Part shown: piece by piece, positions 62,401-64,000 of the stretch
Layout: each line of letters begins with the position of its first letter
Position numbering within the stretch: the stretch's first letter is position 1
NCBI RefSeq assembly: GCF_009914755.1
Contig: NC_060936.1
Length of the DNA stretch: 64,000 bases
Reading direction: 5' to 3' (one strand)
Source of the DNA: the human T2T-CHM13v2.0 reference genome, Homo sapiens
Made by a program: the position numbers and the translations under genes
Notes under the pieces: model-generated
The model's database searches: none
Seen by the model: the letters and a program-made list of their open reading frames with translations, nothing else
Told to the model about the DNA's origin: nothing

Positions 62401-64000
62401 TCCCTGGAATCAACCTCAGCTCAAAGCCAGTGTCCAGTAGTCCCCAAAATGTCTGATCATTTCCCTTTCCCCAGTACACAGTTACCTTGGTAAAAGGCCA
62501 GAGGTCTCCATAGGGAAGGATGGGAAAAAGATTCACGGCATAGTGAATTGAGATCGCACCACTGCACTCCAGCCTGGACGGCAGAGCAAGGCTGCATATC
62601 AAAAAAAGATTCACTACATAAATTGTCAGTAATGTAGTGGGGTCCTTCCTCAAGGGGACCTGGCCTTCCCTTTATTCAAGGGGTTCTGGGTTTGTAAACT
62701 GGCTCAAGTCTGGAAATTGATTGAGGGGCCGTGATTCTGTTTTTACAATTCAAATTAGTCTTGTCCATTCAACCTAGAAGTTTTCTGCTTATGAAAATTA
62801 GGTAGGAATGTAGTAGGCTTCCTATCAATTTTAATTCTAGGAACACTGTAATTAATTAGCCAGTGCCAGCACTCTACAGGAGTCAGTCTATTCTGATTGC
62901 CGCTTTGCCTCTTCCGTCCATTATGGTAGCTACACCCACCTTGCCTTTGATGGTTGAGTGCTGCCACCTGGCCTCTGCCACCTTGGGATCCAATTATTCC
63001 CATTGTATTTAAATTTTGTAGTTGAGTGACTGCAGTTCCCACTGTTAGATCTGACATACAGAGAAGAGCAATTACAGGGCTCTTCAAAAATGCAGGTCCT
63101 GCCCTCACAAATCTATTTCACAAGGCATTGGTCAAGGGTGTATCTTCTGACCCTCTCTACTGGGATGAGTAGGTCTAAAGTGACTAATCCACTCCACCAT
63201 CCCAATCTCCCTAAGCCTTTGGATCCCTTCCTCTACATTAAACTGAGGGAGATGAGGCATTTCCAGCTCACTCACAGTGGGCTATCTTTTAATCCATATT
63301 TTAGCTAACCAAGAAATAAACTCTTGGACCCTTTTTTAACTCCCCAAGCTGAGACATTAAATGCAGAGTCCCTATTTAGTGGGCCCAAATCAATAAATTC
63401 AGCCTGATCCAACTCTATGTTCCTTCCACCATTATCCCACACCCTTAATATCAATTCCCATGCCTGTTCTCCAGATTTCTGTTTATATAAATTAGAAAAC
63501 TCAAGCAGTTATTTTCAAGTGTAGGACCCCTCCTCATGGGTCACACTCTCAACCTTACCTCTAGGTGCCTGCCGGGACTTTAGTCCAGTTACAGGTCTAG
63601 AGGCAAACAAGGTTGTTGGGGGTGGCTCCTGAGAAGAATCAACATTATCTTGCCTGCCAACTGCCTCAAGGGAGGCCATCACTATTGCCTCAGGCAGTGC
63701 AGGGTTTATCTCCCCAGACAAAGGTGGAAAGGCTGATGGCAGCATGGGTCAGGGTGGGGATGTTGCCACTACTGGGGATGGGGAAGCTGTTTTTTTCTAG
63801 CAAAAAGCATTGTCAGAATTTACAAACTCAGTGTCCCCAGCTTCATCAGCGTCCTCCCGGGCATCCTATTCCAAGTTGCAGGGTCTCATTCTTTTCCAAT
63901 CAATGCCCTCACTTTAACAGTAGGCACCTGGTGGGGCTGTGCATGCACCTTTCATTGCAGGTCAGCTACTCACATAATAAGAGCTTGTGTCTATTTTTCA
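59397..64000 (-). mobile_element. HERV-L/ERVL (class III) internal region: degenerate gag-pro-pol-dUTPase, continuing beyond the window
   Basis: gag-like RAGPAFLKSPVIALL..GGRGQVAALN; protease LLDTG; RT FNSPIWPVQK..WRMTV and LVHYTDDIM; RNase H VRLYTD; integrase IPHSIASDQGTHF; dUTPase-like GLEVLVPEGGTLPPGD..LPPGHFGLL after integrase; many stops and frameshifts. Confidence 0.92.
62543..62602 (+). mobile_element. Very short 5'-truncated Alu inside HERV-L
   Basis: gagatcgcaccactgcactccagcctgg; TSD aaaaagattcac(gg/ta)cata at 62525-62542 and 62603-62620. Confidence 0.85.

Overview
Primate (almost certainly human) genomic DNA, repeat-rich and gene-poor. There is no prokaryotic content and no CRISPR, rRNA or tRNA. 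The only host gene I can support is the 5' end of PLEKHG7 (including the former C12orf74 ORF; from memory, human chr12q22) on the + strand. It has a non-coding first exon ending at 52604, a 668-nt coding exon (55943-56610, ATG 56104), and a 23-nt micro-exon (57122-57144) whose read-through gives the 190-aa C12orf74-type protein. The ~52 kb upstream hold many Alu, MaLR, MIR, L2 and DNA-transposon relics, plus a nested LINE-1 pair: a full-length L1PA3-type element inside a 5'-truncated L1, both on the - strand with identifiable target-site duplications (TSDs). The downstream intron carries an antisense HERV-L gag-pro-pol-dUTPase block. Most notable observations: (1) the two nested L1s share apparently non-consensus mutations, suggesting gene conversion; (2) the L1 antisense promoter/ORF0 points at PLEKHG7 and its splice donor is in frame with exon 2; (3) a micro-exon vs read-through switch and a uORF-loaded 5'UTR; (4) a perfect 38-bp palindrome with a templated-insertion pattern; (5) several microhomology-type rearrangements of repeats. 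Repeat subfamily names are from remembered consensus sequences, not from a search.
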